Below, piece after piece: positions 33,408 through 43,264 of a stretch of 64,000 nt of DNA (positions within the stretch are counted from its first letter, which is position 1; every line of letters starts with the position of its first letter). The position numbers and the translations under genes were made by a program. The notes under the pieces were generated by a model. The model ran no database searches. It was not told where the DNA came from and saw nothing but the letters and a program-made list of their open reading frames with translations. Source of the stretch: Thermoleophilia bacterium (lineage in GTDB: Bacteria; Actinomycetota; Thermoleophilia; RBG-16-64-13); the NCBI GenBank assembly GCA_040770645.1, contig JAXGIS010000002.1:84962-148961 (forward strand), read 5' to 3'.

Positions 33408-34637
33408 CTACTGGGCCAGAACCCACTTGCCGCCCTCGATCTTAACCATGATCAGATCACTCACGGCCAAACCATCGTGATTCGTGGGCGAGAAAGTGAA
33501 GATGCCGTCTGCTCCGGCGAAGCCCGTGATGGCGTTGAGCGCGGCTTGGATATCCTCCGCTTTGGTGCTCTTGGCTTCTTCGATGGCCTTCACCAACAGG
33601 GAGATGGCATCCCAACCGTGGCTGGCGAAGTGGTTGGGAGCCTCACCGAACTTCTCGGTGTAGTCGGAGATGAAGGTGTCGATGACCTTCTGCTGACCGG
33701 AGTCGGTGATCGATTGCGGGAAGAGGATTTTGGTGCTGGGGAACACCACGCCTTCCGCCGCGTCACCAGCCAGTTCGATGAACTTGAAGTTGGCGATACC
33801 GTGGCTCCCCACATACGGGAGCGACCAGGCCAACTGCTTGAGATTCTTGGCCGCCACAGCGGGACCGGGGTTGGTGCCCCACACCACCAGCGCCTCCGGG
33901 TTGGAGCCGCGCAATTTGGTGAGTTGGGCCGTCAGGTCGGTCTCATCGGTCTTGTAGGACTCCTTGGCCACCACTTCCAAGCCGTACGTGCCCTTGACCT
34001 CTTCAATCTGCGCCAAGCCCGATGAGCCGAACGCATTCTCGTCGTAGAGAACGGCGATCTTTTTCACTTTCAGGCTCTCGGCCACGTACTGCATGGCGCG
34101 CTCCACAGCCAGGTCGTCCTTGGGCGCCACGCGCCAGACCCACTCACTGGGCGGCTCATCGGTGATGCTGTTGGCAGCGGCCATGGCGATCTGTGGGATT
34201 TTGGCGCCCGCTGTAATCGGCTTCATGGCCAACGTGGTGGCCGATGCGCTGGCACCGATGACTGCCACCGCTTTCTCCTGATTGATGAGCCGTTGAGTGG
34301 CGGTGACGGCTTCCTTGGCACTACTCTGGTCATCGAGGATGACGATCTTCAACGGCCGGCCCAGAACACCACCCGCAGCATTTATTTTGCCTTCCATCAA
34401 CTCCAGGGTGTTTCGCTCGGGTTCACCCAAAGGTGCCGCCGGACCCGTGGTGGACACCACAGCTCCTATGACAACAGGGTCACCTGTGGGCTCGGCGTCG
34501 GAAGTGCCGGCGGCGGTAGTGGTTGCGCCGCCGGTGGTGGTGGCACTGCCTCCGCATGAGACAAGGATCGCAACGAGTAACAGTACAAGGATGGATACGG
34601 GTAAGGTGGGGGCGATGGCCTGACTTGACCTGCGCAT
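33408..34637 (-). CDS. ABC transporter substrate-binding lipoprotein (LivK/LivJ-like, type I PBP)
   Basis: A signal peptide with a lipobox (ILVSCGG), then VVIGAVVSTTGPAAPLGEPERN... Confidence 0.9.
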   Translation of the reverse strand: MRRSSQAIAPTLPVSILVLLLVAILVSCGGSATTTGGATTTAAGTSDAEPTGDPVVIGAVVSTTGPAAPLGEPERNTLELMEGKINAAGGVLGRPLKIVILDDQSSAKEAVTATQRLINQEKAVAVIGASASATTLAMKPITAGAKIPQIAMAAANSITDEPPSEWVWRVAPKDDLAVERAMQYVAESLKVKKIAVLYDENAFGSSGLAQIEEVKGTYGLEVVAKESYKTDETDLTAQLTKLRGSNPEALVVWGTNPGPAVAAKNLKQLAWSLPYVGSHGIANFKFIELAGDAAEGVVFPSTKILFPQSITDSGQQKVIDTFISDYTEKFGEAPNHFASHGWDAISLLVKAIEEAKSTKAEDIQAALNAITGFAGADGIFTFSPTNHDGLAVSDLIMVKIEGGKWVLAQ

Positions 34638-34709
34638 GAGATGCTCTCCTGGGTTTGAACGCGCCGGCAGAACCGGCTCAATTACACGCGACGAATGGGC
34701 CTTTCCTGC

Positions 34710-35120
34710 TCAGTCAATATCGGAATCCGCTAAGCATGATAGCCCCTTGTCTGTGAGCGTCTGTTCCAGGCCCTCGACATCGTCCGACATGAAGATGACC
34801 GATTCTCGGGCCCCCCAGTAAAGATAGTCGATGTTACAACCGACCCCCGTCACCACGGCCGCCAGCATGGCCAGCGCACCGGGCGAGTTTGGCAACCTCA
34901 CGCAAAGAACCCTGTTCTCCTTGACCGTGAAGCCCTCTCCACGAAGGATCTCCGCCGCTTCGTCGGGCTTGCTCACGACCAGTCGCACGATGCCGTAGTC
35001 TCCGGTATCGGCGAGGCAGAAGCCGAAGATGTTGATTTGCTTGGCCGCGAGCACGCCGGCAATCTGGGCTATGCGCCCAGCCTTGTTTTCCACAAACAGC
35101 GAAAACTGGCGAACACTCAT
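34710..35120 (-). CDS. ACT domain protein (tandem ACT)
   Basis: QFSLFVENKAGRIAQIAGVLAAKQINIFGF and LCVRLPNSPGALAMLAAVV. Confidence 0.85.
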   Translation of the reverse strand: MSVRQFSLFVENKAGRIAQIAGVLAAKQINIFGFCLADTGDYGIVRLVVSKPDEAAEILRGEGFTVKENRVLCVRLPNSPGALAMLAAVVTGVGCNIDYLYWGARESVIFMSDDVEGLEQTLTDKGLSCLADSDID

Positions 35121-35255
35121 CGGTCACTCCACAGGTTCCCGCATATTATGAGCGGGCATGATACAGACGCAACGCCGCTTAGGGAAGCCCGATTTGGGAT
35201 GCCCGAGTTGAGATGCCCATGTCGGGAACCCCGACCGTTACCGTCTATGTCACCC

Positions 35256-36698
35256 TTAATGATCGGACATACCACGAGCGCGGGCGCGCGCCAGATCCTC
35301 CACGCAGTCAACGTCCAGGCCTTCGTCGCCAACCGCCTGGACCCGCAACACCCGGTCGCCCATGTCTTGTAGCACAGCCCGTGCACCTTGGTCGCCGGTC
35401 AGAGAACCTATCGCGGGGAGCAGTGAGCGGTTGATGACCACAGGCGGGCCCCAGGTGCCGCCCGGCGTCTCCAGCGCTGCGGCCGCGACGGCCGGATTCC
35501 GCTCCCAGACTGCCAGGAGCCTCCGGATGGTATCCGCGGTCACGAAGGGCTGATCGGCCAGGAGGACTATGAGGTCCCGGCCGCCTGCGTGGTCCGCACC
35601 CAGAGCCAGCGAACCGCCGATGCCCTTCTCCGGATGGGGGTTGACCAAAATGCGCCAGCGATCGCCGCCGTTCGGCGCCGGGGGTACATCTCGGCCCAAG
35701 GCAGCGCGCACGGCCTCCGCTTCCCTCCCGGCCACCACCAACACCGGCGGCTGCGCGCCTCCCCCGAGGGCCGCCCTCACTGCCCGCCCCACGAAGGTCA
35801 CGCCGTCGAGTTCGAGCGTGACTTTGGCACAACCGCCCATACGTCTGCTGAGGCCCGCCGCCAAGACCACGGCGGCGGGCCTCCGCTCCATGTGCCGTAG
35901 ACACTCCACGATCGGCCCTTCCTCCGAGCCCACCGCTCCCATCCACACTCCGACGGGAGCCCGGTGCGCGGCCTCCATGAGGATCGCGTCGGGAGGATAG
36001 GCGTCGGCCTTGTTGAACAAGCACACCAAGCGCGCGTGCAGAGGCACGCTGTCGTGGTACCCGAGCACCAGGGCGCGCAGCAGGGCCTCGGGTGGGATCG
36101 GCCGCCCCGGCTCCAGATCGAGGAGATCGGCCAGCAACGACGCGCGATGCACGTGCTCCTCGTCCAAAGGCACCCACTGCGCCTCCAGCCCGCACATGGC
36201 AATCACGAGGGTGGCGCTCTCCGGCAGCACCGGTTCGTAGGCGGCGGGGGCCTTCAGTGGAAGGCGGGCGGCACCGTCGGCCTCGATGAGCACCGCCTCG
36301 ATTCCGGACAGATCGCGGAGTGCCGGAATCCAATCGGTGGGTATGCCGTCGAGCTTGCCCGAGGCCAACACCCTCGTGCCGACCACCGGCGATCGCCCGC
36401 CGCGGGTCACTCCCAGCCGCTCGATGCCGGCCGCAACCTCCGCCACGGTATCGCCGAGCACCAGCGGCCGACCCGGGCCTTGCTCCGCCCCCTCCCCTCC
36501 CTGTCCGAAGCGCAAGCAGCCCGGCTCAGCCGCACGCGGCGCCGGGGGCATGATCTTGGTGGTGGTGGTGACGATGACCCGCTTTCCGGCTTGTTCATAT
36601 TCGCGCGCCAAGGCCTCGAGCAAGGTGCTCTTGCCGCCCGCACCAACCAGACACACCACTTCGCGTGGCCCCAGTTGCAGTTGTTCGCGTAACGCCAT
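35256..36698 (-). CDS. fusion of YqeC-family selenium-dependent hydroxylase accessory protein and MocA-like molybdenum cofactor cytidylyltransferase
   Basis: The N-terminal part VVCLVGAGGKSTLLEALAREYEQAGKRVIVTTTTKIMPP is the YqeC signature. The C-terminal part AAVVLAAGLSRRMGG..K...LADQPFV is the MobA/MocA NTP-transferase fold. Confidence 0.85.
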   Translation of the reverse strand: MALREQLQLGPREVVCLVGAGGKSTLLEALAREYEQAGKRVIVTTTTKIMPPAPRAAEPGCLRFGQGGEGAEQGPGRPLVLGDTVAEVAAGIERLGVTRGGRSPVVGTRVLASGKLDGIPTDWIPALRDLSGIEAVLIEADGAARLPLKAPAAYEPVLPESATLVIAMCGLEAQWVPLDEEHVHRASLLADLLDLEPGRPIPPEALLRALVLGYHDSVPLHARLVCLFNKADAYPPDAILMEAAHRAPVGVWMGAVGSEEGPIVECLRHMERRPAAVVLAAGLSRRMGGCAKVTLELDGVTFVGRAVRAALGGGAQPPVLVVAGREAEAVRAALGRDVPPAPNGGDRWRILVNPHPEKGIGGSLALGADHAGGRDLIVLLADQPFVTADTIRRLLAVWERNPAVAAAALETPGGTWGPPVVINRSLLPAIGSLTGDQGARAVLQDMGDRVLRVQAVGDEGLDVDCVEDLARARARGMSDH

Positions 36699-36737
36699 CC
36701 GCCGGCTCCACCGGTTACCGCCGGTTACAAAGCCGGC

Positions 36738-37838
36738 TCACTCGATCACAATGCTACCCGAGCTCATGCGGGCCACCACCACCCTTACCTGATGACGAGC
36801 CTGGTCGAAGCCCGGGGTCTGCCACAAACCCTCATCGTCGTGCCCACGCCGCACCTCAACCATATCACCAGGTATCTTCACGCTCCCTGAACTGGAGTCG
36901 CGAACATCGACCTGCAGGGCCGCGCCGGCGGGCACATCGAGGGTGAATCTCCCACTGCTTCCGTTGACGGTCACAACCGCATCCACGTTGCGACCCACGT
37001 GCAACGTATAAGAGCCCGAACGCATACGGATTTCCATTTCCAAGACGGCCTCGTCGGCCACGTCCACTCGAGCCGCCCCGGAACTCGCTTCCCACTTGAC
37101 CGGGTAGGGCCGGTCGCTCCCGGAAGGCAGCTGAAGTTCCACAGACCCCGAACTGGCCCTAACCGTCAGCGACTGTAGATCCAAGCCGGTTAGATCGCCT
37201 CGCGTCCAGCCCGAACTCAGATCCAGCTCCAGATCGATGGGAATGCCACCTCCAAGCGAGATGTCCCACCTCTCATCTCCGCCCTCCCATCCCCAGTTGC
37301 CCAACCAGCCCCCACCGGAACCCGTGTACGCCATCTCGACCCGTCGCCTGACATCTCCACTCACAGTGAAATGCACCCGGCCGCGGTGGGCGATGGTGGC
37401 ATCGATCAGAGTCCCCGGCTCCTCCGTCTGCTTCAAGGTGGTGGGCGCATTTGAGAGGTCCAAGAAGATCTCAGCCGAAGTGGCCTGTCCTTTCGGCTCG
37501 CTGAATCGCTCTACGTACAACTCCCTGCTTATCCCCCCGGACCCCCAGCCCCATGAAGGGCCGCCCACCGCCAGTAGTACCGCCACTCCCACAGCAACGA
37601 TCCCGATACCCGCTCCCCACAACGCCGAGCGGTGGCCCAAGAGGATATCCAGACCGATCCACACCAGAAGCAGCGGCCAGAAACGGGCCAGGATCCATAG
37701 CCCTCCCGCCGGTATCACATTCAGATTAGCCAGAAGCCAAATGACTCCCACGCCAATGAGAACAACCGGCCAGAACAGTGATCGGTATCGGTAGCCGTGC
37801 ATCATTGCCGCCCTCCCCCATTGCGGGCTGACACTCAA
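36738..37838 (-). CDS. membrane protein with a LiaF/DUF4097-type 'toastrack' C-terminal domain
   Basis: N-terminal transmembrane helices (LFWPVVLIGVGVIWLLANL, FWPLLLVWIGLDILLG), then repetitive beta-strand-like segments (SGSVELQLP, SGSYTLHVG, SGRFTLDVP, SGSVKIP, SGSIVIE). Confidence 0.7.
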   Translation of the reverse strand: MSVSPQWGRAAMMHGYRYRSLFWPVVLIGVGVIWLLANLNVIPAGGLWILARFWPLLLVWIGLDILLGHRSALWGAGIGIVAVGVAVLLAVGGPSWGWGSGGISRELYVERFSEPKGQATSAEIFLDLSNAPTTLKQTEEPGTLIDATIAHRGRVHFTVSGDVRRRVEMAYTGSGGGWLGNWGWEGGDERWDISLGGGIPIDLELDLSSGWTRGDLTGLDLQSLTVRASSGSVELQLPSGSDRPYPVKWEASSGAARVDVADEAVLEMEIRMRSGSYTLHVGRNVDAVVTVNGSSGRFTLDVPAGAALQVDVRDSSSGSVKIPGDMVEVRRGHDDEGLWQTPGFDQARHQVRVVVARMSSGSIVIE

Positions 37839-38883
37839 CCATCAGCACCCATTGGCTCCGCGCCATCAGAATCACCGAGTCTCATCCCACAATGACTGCA
37901 GAAGGCCGCATCCGAACCGAGGGCGCGCGCACTCGGCACAAACCCGCCCGAGACCCTCCGCAGCCACCGTGGACGCGACGGGCTCAATCGCTTCCGATAC
38001 CGGCCCCTGGGAACCAGTCGCTGCCGCGAAATCGCGGAAGATTCGGCCGCTTCGGTCAACTCCGCAATCTCGGCCGCTTCGTTCAAATCACGGGCATCCG
38101 CCTCACCTTCCGATACGACACCCGCGGTGGGCTCCACAACCGCCCCTCCTCTCGTCGGAATCCGGCGTCTGCCCCTCCGACGTCGTTTCGGGCAACGGAG
38201 GCACCACTTCGGACGCAGGCGTAGATAGGTCGCTTGTGGTTACCGGTTGCGCCCCCACCTCGGTAGCCGTGGCATCCACGACGGCCGGCGCCAGCGCCCA
38301 CTGACCGGGCGCAGGTACTGGTGTTGGTGACCCGGCGGAGCTCTCCGCACCCTCTCTACGCACGACAGCCGGGCGCACGATGATCCACAGCCCCACTAGA
38401 ATCAGCAGCACCGGCCATATGATGCGTGTTGCCAGACTGCCGCTGATGTTCAGTAACGCCTCGAAGAAGAAGCCGAACACCAAGAAAAGGATCAGCCCGA
38501 TCTTCATGACCACCGATCCCGCATCCTTGAGCCCGGACACACCGGCGTAGCGCCCGAAGATGTAGAGACCCACTCCCACACCGAACGGGGCAATGAGGGC
38601 CCAGACATACGCCCAACTGGCCCAAGCATTGAAGACATTCTGAAACAGGAGCACCAAGCCGGTCATGGTGACAATGCTGCCCGGAATGGCGAACCCCCCA
38701 ACCGGACCCCTGCAGTGCCAACGGAAGAAAGAACAGCAACCCGACGACCACGATGAACAGCGGCCACCACACGCCTATGATGCTTCGACCCAGCACGGAA
38801 GCGATTAGAAACAGGATTCCCACTGCGATAAGCCCCGAACCCACGACCAGGGTGCCGCGACCAATCCCTTTTTGCGTGTTCAT
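37835..38883 (-). pseudogene. polytopic membrane protein with a Pro/Thr-rich linker, an acidic segment and a C-terminal CxxC..CxxC zinc ribbon, split by about 4-5 frameshifts
   Basis: ATG 38883 follows GAGGAGAGGGA: MNTQKGIGRGTLVVGSGLIAVGILFLIASVLG... It continues in ORF 38103..38666 (GLVLLFQNVFNAWASWAYVWALIAPFGVGVGLYIFG...), then in ORF 37835..38137. CAEC (37940..37929) and CSHC (37900..37889) are 1 nt out of register. Confidence 0.5.
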
Positions 38884-38958
38884 GCCATCCCTCTCCTCGC
38901 TGGGTGTTTCGCCCCTGGCGCCCCCATGCCGCCCCACCGGCGCTGCTACCATGAGTGC

Positions 38959-39642
38959 ATGCATTCTGATGATACAGCCCCCGGGGTGAACTCCGTACTC
39001 GAAAGGCTCTTATCCGCCAAAGATCCGCTGCTGGCCCAGGGCCTAACCCGACTGGGCTGGCCGCCGTCAGCCGTCCTGGGAGTGGACTCCGCAACCGTGG
39101 AGCACCTCGCCCGAGAGATCGGCCGCAACCACGCACTGGCCCGCGCTCTCTGGAGTGAAGGTTTCCGAGAGACACGCCTGCTCGCGATACGCTTGGCGCA
39201 ACCCGCCGAGGCCGATGCGGCCATGCTCGACGATTGGGTACACCAGAAGTACAGCTGGCGAACTCGCTGCATACCTCACCGAACACCTGCTGGTGAAGGC
39301 CTCTGCGGCCAGATCCCGGGCCCCCAGTTGGAGCACCGCTCAGCAGCCCTTGGTTCGCGCCATCGGCTACGAACTGCACGCGCCTCAATCTCGACGATGA
39401 GGAACTGAGCCCGGATGCCCGCTTCCCCGGATATTTCACTCTCTCAGGGTTGAGCGACCAAAATGTCGGAGCACCGGCAAATGCCTGGGTGCGGGGGTGG
39501 CGGTCGGTGATCCGCTACCTGGGCCGCCGAAACCGGCGGGCGGGGCAGAAAAGCCGTGCGCCGGGCCCACGAAGCGCTGCTGATGTGGGAGCAGGACAAA
39601 GTGGAGAGGGCACAGGCCGGCCGGCGCCGCCCCGGTGGGTGA
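38959..39642 (+). pseudogene. DNA alkylation repair (AlkD-like HEAT-repeat) protein, frameshifted
   Basis: LGVDSATVEHLAREIGRNHALARALWSEGFRETRLLAIRLA...DDWV; then ..ELAAYLTEHLLVKA.. in a second frame; the C-terminus KAVRRAHEALLMWEQDKVERA* is in a third. Confidence 0.65.
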
Positions 39643-39660
39643 CCACCGGGGCGGCGCCCC

Positions 39661-41344
39661 CTATACCACGAACAGATTGACCCCTTTGAACGTTTCGCCG
39701 TCGAATAGACCGGTGTCGCTCATCTTGAGACTGGGGATGACCAGCAGAGCCATGAAGGACAGCGTCATGAACGGCGCCGAGAGCCTGGATCCCAAGTCCT
39801 TGGCCGCGCGGTCGAGCATGTCGTAGGCCTCGGCCACATCGAGCCCGATCATCCGGGCTCATGAGCCCGGCCACCGGAAGCGGCAGGGAGGCCGTGCGTC
39901 CCTGTGCGGCCACCGCCAAACCGCCGCGATTCCCTGACCACCTCGTTGACCGCTGCCGCCAGATCCTCGTCGTCAGCCCCACGGCCACGATGTTGTGCGA
40001 ATCGTGCGCCACCGAAGCCATGGCTCCGTGAGAAAGCCCGAAGTTACGAATGAAGGCCACCGCCGGTAGGGCTTCCTGGTACCGGTTGAGGACGGCTATT
40101 TTGAGGAGATCTCGGTCGGGGTCGGCCACTACCCTTCCGTCCCGCACCGTCGGCGTCATAACCAGGCCGGCGCGTCAGAGTTGTCCCTCCAGCGCTTCCA
40201 TGACGTTGATGCGCCCGGGCCGCTCCGCCACCACGAAAGCCTCCGCCCCTGTTCGCGCACCGCGAAACGGTTGAGAGCACTCGGCGGAAGACACCGTGAA
40301 CAGCGCCGTGCCGTCGGCCGCCACCAAACGCCCCCTCACGTAGGTGCCGATGACGTCGAAGTCCTCAAGATCGGCCACTATCACGAAGTCGGCCGGGTCT
40401 CCCGGTTGCAACAGACCCACGTTCAACCCGTAGTGGCGCACGGGATTGAGGGACGCACACCGCAGGGCCGTCAACGGATCGATCCCCGCGCCCACCGCCC
40501 GCGCCACCAACTTGTTGATGTGGCCTTTCACCAGATCGTGGGGATGCTTGTCGTCACTGCAAAGCATGCACCGTTCGGGATAATCCCGCATGAGGGGGTA
40601 GAGTAGATCGAACTCGCGGGCGGCTGAGCCCTCGCGGATCAGGATCTTCATGCCCAGACGGATCTTCTCCTCGGCCTCCTCATAGCTCAGGCTCTCATGA
40701 TCCGTGGAGATACCGGCCCCGATGTAGGTGGCGAGATCTTGGCCGCGCAGGCCGGGCGCGTGACCGTCGATGGGTTTGCCGTGTCGCTTGGCGGCGGCGA
40801 TTTTCTCCATCACCTCGGGGTCCCCGTTGATCACGCCGGGGTAGTTCATGACTTCGCTCAGGTAGTGAATGTCGTCGCGGCTCAGAAGCTCGTCCACCTC
40901 CGCGGGCCCCAAACTGGCCCCCGACGTCTCGAAGGGTGTGGCCGGTACGCACGAAGGCGCACCGAAAGCGAAAGTGAACGGCGCCTCGGCGCCGTCTCTC
41001 ACCATGAAGTCCACCCCACGGACGCCCAGCACGTTGGCAATCTCGTGGGGATCGCTTACCGTGGCCACCGTGCCCTGCCGAACGGCCAACCGCGCGAACT
41101 GGCCGGGAGTGAGCATGGAACTCTCCACGTGCACGTGAGCGTCCACAAAGCCCGGCATGATGTAGCGGTTCTCCAACACTCCCCCCGAACCGGGCTCACG
41201 CCCCGAGGCGGACCCCTCGTTCCGCCTCACTGCAGCCACACGCCCGTCCACCACGTCCACACTGCCCGGGAAGATCTCTCCCGCCACCACATCCACTATG
41301 CGCCCCGACACGGTGAAGGCATCCTGCCGGTCATTCATGCCCAT
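39661..41344 (-). pseudogene. ade: adenine deaminase with one in-frame TGA and three frameshifts
   Basis: PGFVDAHVHVESSML...DPHEIANV...IDGHAPGL...STDHES in the 389-aa ORF. There is an in-frame TGA at 40177..40175. It then reads DLLKIAVLNRY...SVAHDSHNIVAVG, ADDEDLAAAVNEVV (other frame), [23 protein letters not shown], and [39 protein letters not shown] (other frame). Confidence 0.88.
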
Positions 41345-41467
41345 CGCCTCCTCTCCCGAGTTAGCCCCTCTCCCACCATGCCCACCACTGCGGCACGAAC
41401 CGAGCCGCCCCCGCCCCGGTTTCTTCCCGCCCCGATTTCTTCCCCAAGCCGCTCCCAGAGACGAGAG

Positions 41468-43111
41468 TCACGGCAATCCGGCCTCTCGAATGCGATGGGC
41501 CAGCCCACAGGCGTCATCGTACAGGCCGCTCTTCACACTGATGGTATCGCCCAGCTCCAGATACCTGCCCTCCGCCACCTCATAGGCCGGCCACGTGATT
41601 CCCCCGGCCGCTTCCGGGCTACCCGTGGTGGCAAAGGCCACCCAATAATCCATGATGCGCTCAGAGAGCTGCACATCGACAGGATCGGCCACTCCCAGCA
41701 TGGCCGCCTGCCCAAACACATAGGGCAGTTCTATGCCGTGGAAGGCACCCTGGGGAGCTGAGGGGATGGGTATGGTCAACGGGACGCGAGTGAACTCATA
41801 CAGATACACCGGCGACTGTTTGTGGGCCGACATCGACTCGGCCACAAAGCGGGCGGTAGCGGCGAAGCCCAACTCGGTGAGGATTCGGCTGCAGGCGGCG
41901 CTCACCTCCGACTCGGTGGCGGCCGGGTACAGAGCCAGGACATCCGGAGCGAGTGGCCCAAACAGTGCCCCCAGCCAACCCGCGTAATCCCCCGCATCTC
42001 CGATGTCCATCATGGAAAGGAACAGATTCCCTTCGTCGGCATTGGAGCCGAGGAGCAAGGGTATATCGTGTTGCCGTCCGGCCGCGAACGCCGCTGAGGG
42101 TGACTCCGGAAGCAGGGATCCATCCACCACCGGTGCGTATGTCAAGCCGTCATTGAGAAAATCGTCACCGGCCGGACGGGCGGCCAACAACTGCTCCGGC
42201 GTCTTGGCCCTCAACACATTTACGGCCTCATGGCCCACCGCCCCCAGCTCCGCCGCGATCTCCAAACCGATCTGCTCAGCGGCTTCCAAACCTCTGCCCG
42301 TCATGTGGTTGAAGCCCTCTTCCAACAGGACGGCGCTCTGGGCAATGGCCCTTTGGAACAGGCCCTCAGCTCTGGGGCTGACCATGAGATGAAGTATGCT
42401 CATGGCGCCCGCCGACTCACCAAACACGGTGACCCGATGCGGGTCACCCCCCAAAGAGGCGATGTTGCGCTGTACCCACTCCAAAGCGGCGATCTGATCC
42501 AGCAGGCCGTAGTTGCCCGACACCCCCTCAGCCGACTCCCCACTGAGCCCGGGGTGGGCAAGAAAACCCAGCGGCCCCAAGCGGTAGTTGACCGTCACCA
42601 CCACCGCGCCTTTGCGGGCGAGTTGGTTCCCACTGTAGAGGGGCAAGGAGCCGGACCCGCTCACAAAAGAACCGCCGTGTAACCAGACCATGACCGGGAG
42701 GGCGTCGGAGGGGCGCTCCGCCGGCGACCATACGTTGAGATACAGGCAATCCTCGCTCATGTCCCCTACGCTGAGCGGCCCCACGGCAGTCATGCCCACA
42801 AGCTGCGGGCAGGAGGGCGCGTAGTCCTTGCAACTGCGTACGTCCTTCCAGGGCTCCACCGGCTGAGGCGGTTTCCAGCGTAGTTCTCCCACCGGGGGAG
42901 CAGCGTAGGGGATGCCCAGGTAGGACCAAACGCCGTCGGTCTTGACTCCCTGGATGAGTCCGCCTTCTACGGCGGGCCGCTCCATGGTGGCGCTCCGGTC
43001 GCCGCACCCGCCCAGGCCCACGGCCAGAACCGAGGCGACGATCATCACCCCTACCGCCATGGCAACTCGGCATCTTCTGAACAACACTACCTCCCCCATC
43101 TGCTCTTGCAT
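41468..43111 (-). CDS. type-B carboxylesterase/lipase, probable lipoprotein
   Basis: GIPYAAPPVGELRW, VMVWLHGGSF, FGESAGAMS (nucleophile elbow). The N-terminal signal has the lipobox LGGC. The start is ATG 43111 or 43099. Confidence 0.88.
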   Translation of the reverse strand: MQEQMGEVVLFRRCRVAMAVGVMIVASVLAVGLGGCGDRSATMERPAVEGGLIQGVKTDGVWSYLGIPYAAPPVGELRWKPPQPVEPWKDVRSCKDYAPSCPQLVGMTAVGPLSVGDMSEDCLYLNVWSPAERPSDALPVMVWLHGGSFVSGSGSLPLYSGNQLARKGAVVVTVNYRLGPLGFLAHPGLSGESAEGVSGNYGLLDQIAALEWVQRNIASLGGDPHRVTVFGESAGAMSILHLMVSPRAEGLFQRAIAQSAVLLEEGFNHMTGRGLEAAEQIGLEIAAELGAVGHEAVNVLRAKTPEQLLAARPAGDDFLNDGLTYAPVVDGSLLPESPSAAFAAGRQHDIPLLLGSNADEGNLFLSMMDIGDAGDYAGWLGALFGPLAPDVLALYPAATESEVSAACSRILTELGFAATARFVAESMSAHKQSPVYLYEFTRVPLTIPIPSAPQGAFHGIELPYVFGQAAMLGVADPVDVQLSERIMDYWVAFATTGSPEAAGGITWPAYEVAEGRYLELGDTISVKSGLYDDACGLAHRIREAGLP

Positions 43112-43264
43112 TCTGGGCGGCGCTTCATGCACCCGGTCACCAGCCGGCCCACGGATGTAGCCTCCGGCCCCATGTGGCACTTGACCACACACAGGCTCGC
43201 TTCGCATGTCGGGTGGGCCGTGGGCCCGGCCGACGCTCCTACAGGGAGCATGGGTGCGAGGTTG

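Noticed and set aside
39846-39870. An 18-nt perfect palindrome, CCGGGCTCATGAGCCCGG, inside ade.
   Set aside because: It is a single occurrence within coding sequence at one of the frameshift sites. It is most simply incidental, or related to the local sequence error, rather than a regulatory site.
40175-40177. The TGA in adenine deaminase read as selenocysteine.
   Set aside because: There is no convincing downstream hairpin, and no conserved Cys or known Sec at this position in the family. A substitution or nonsense mutation is more likely. It is kept only as a low-interest finding.
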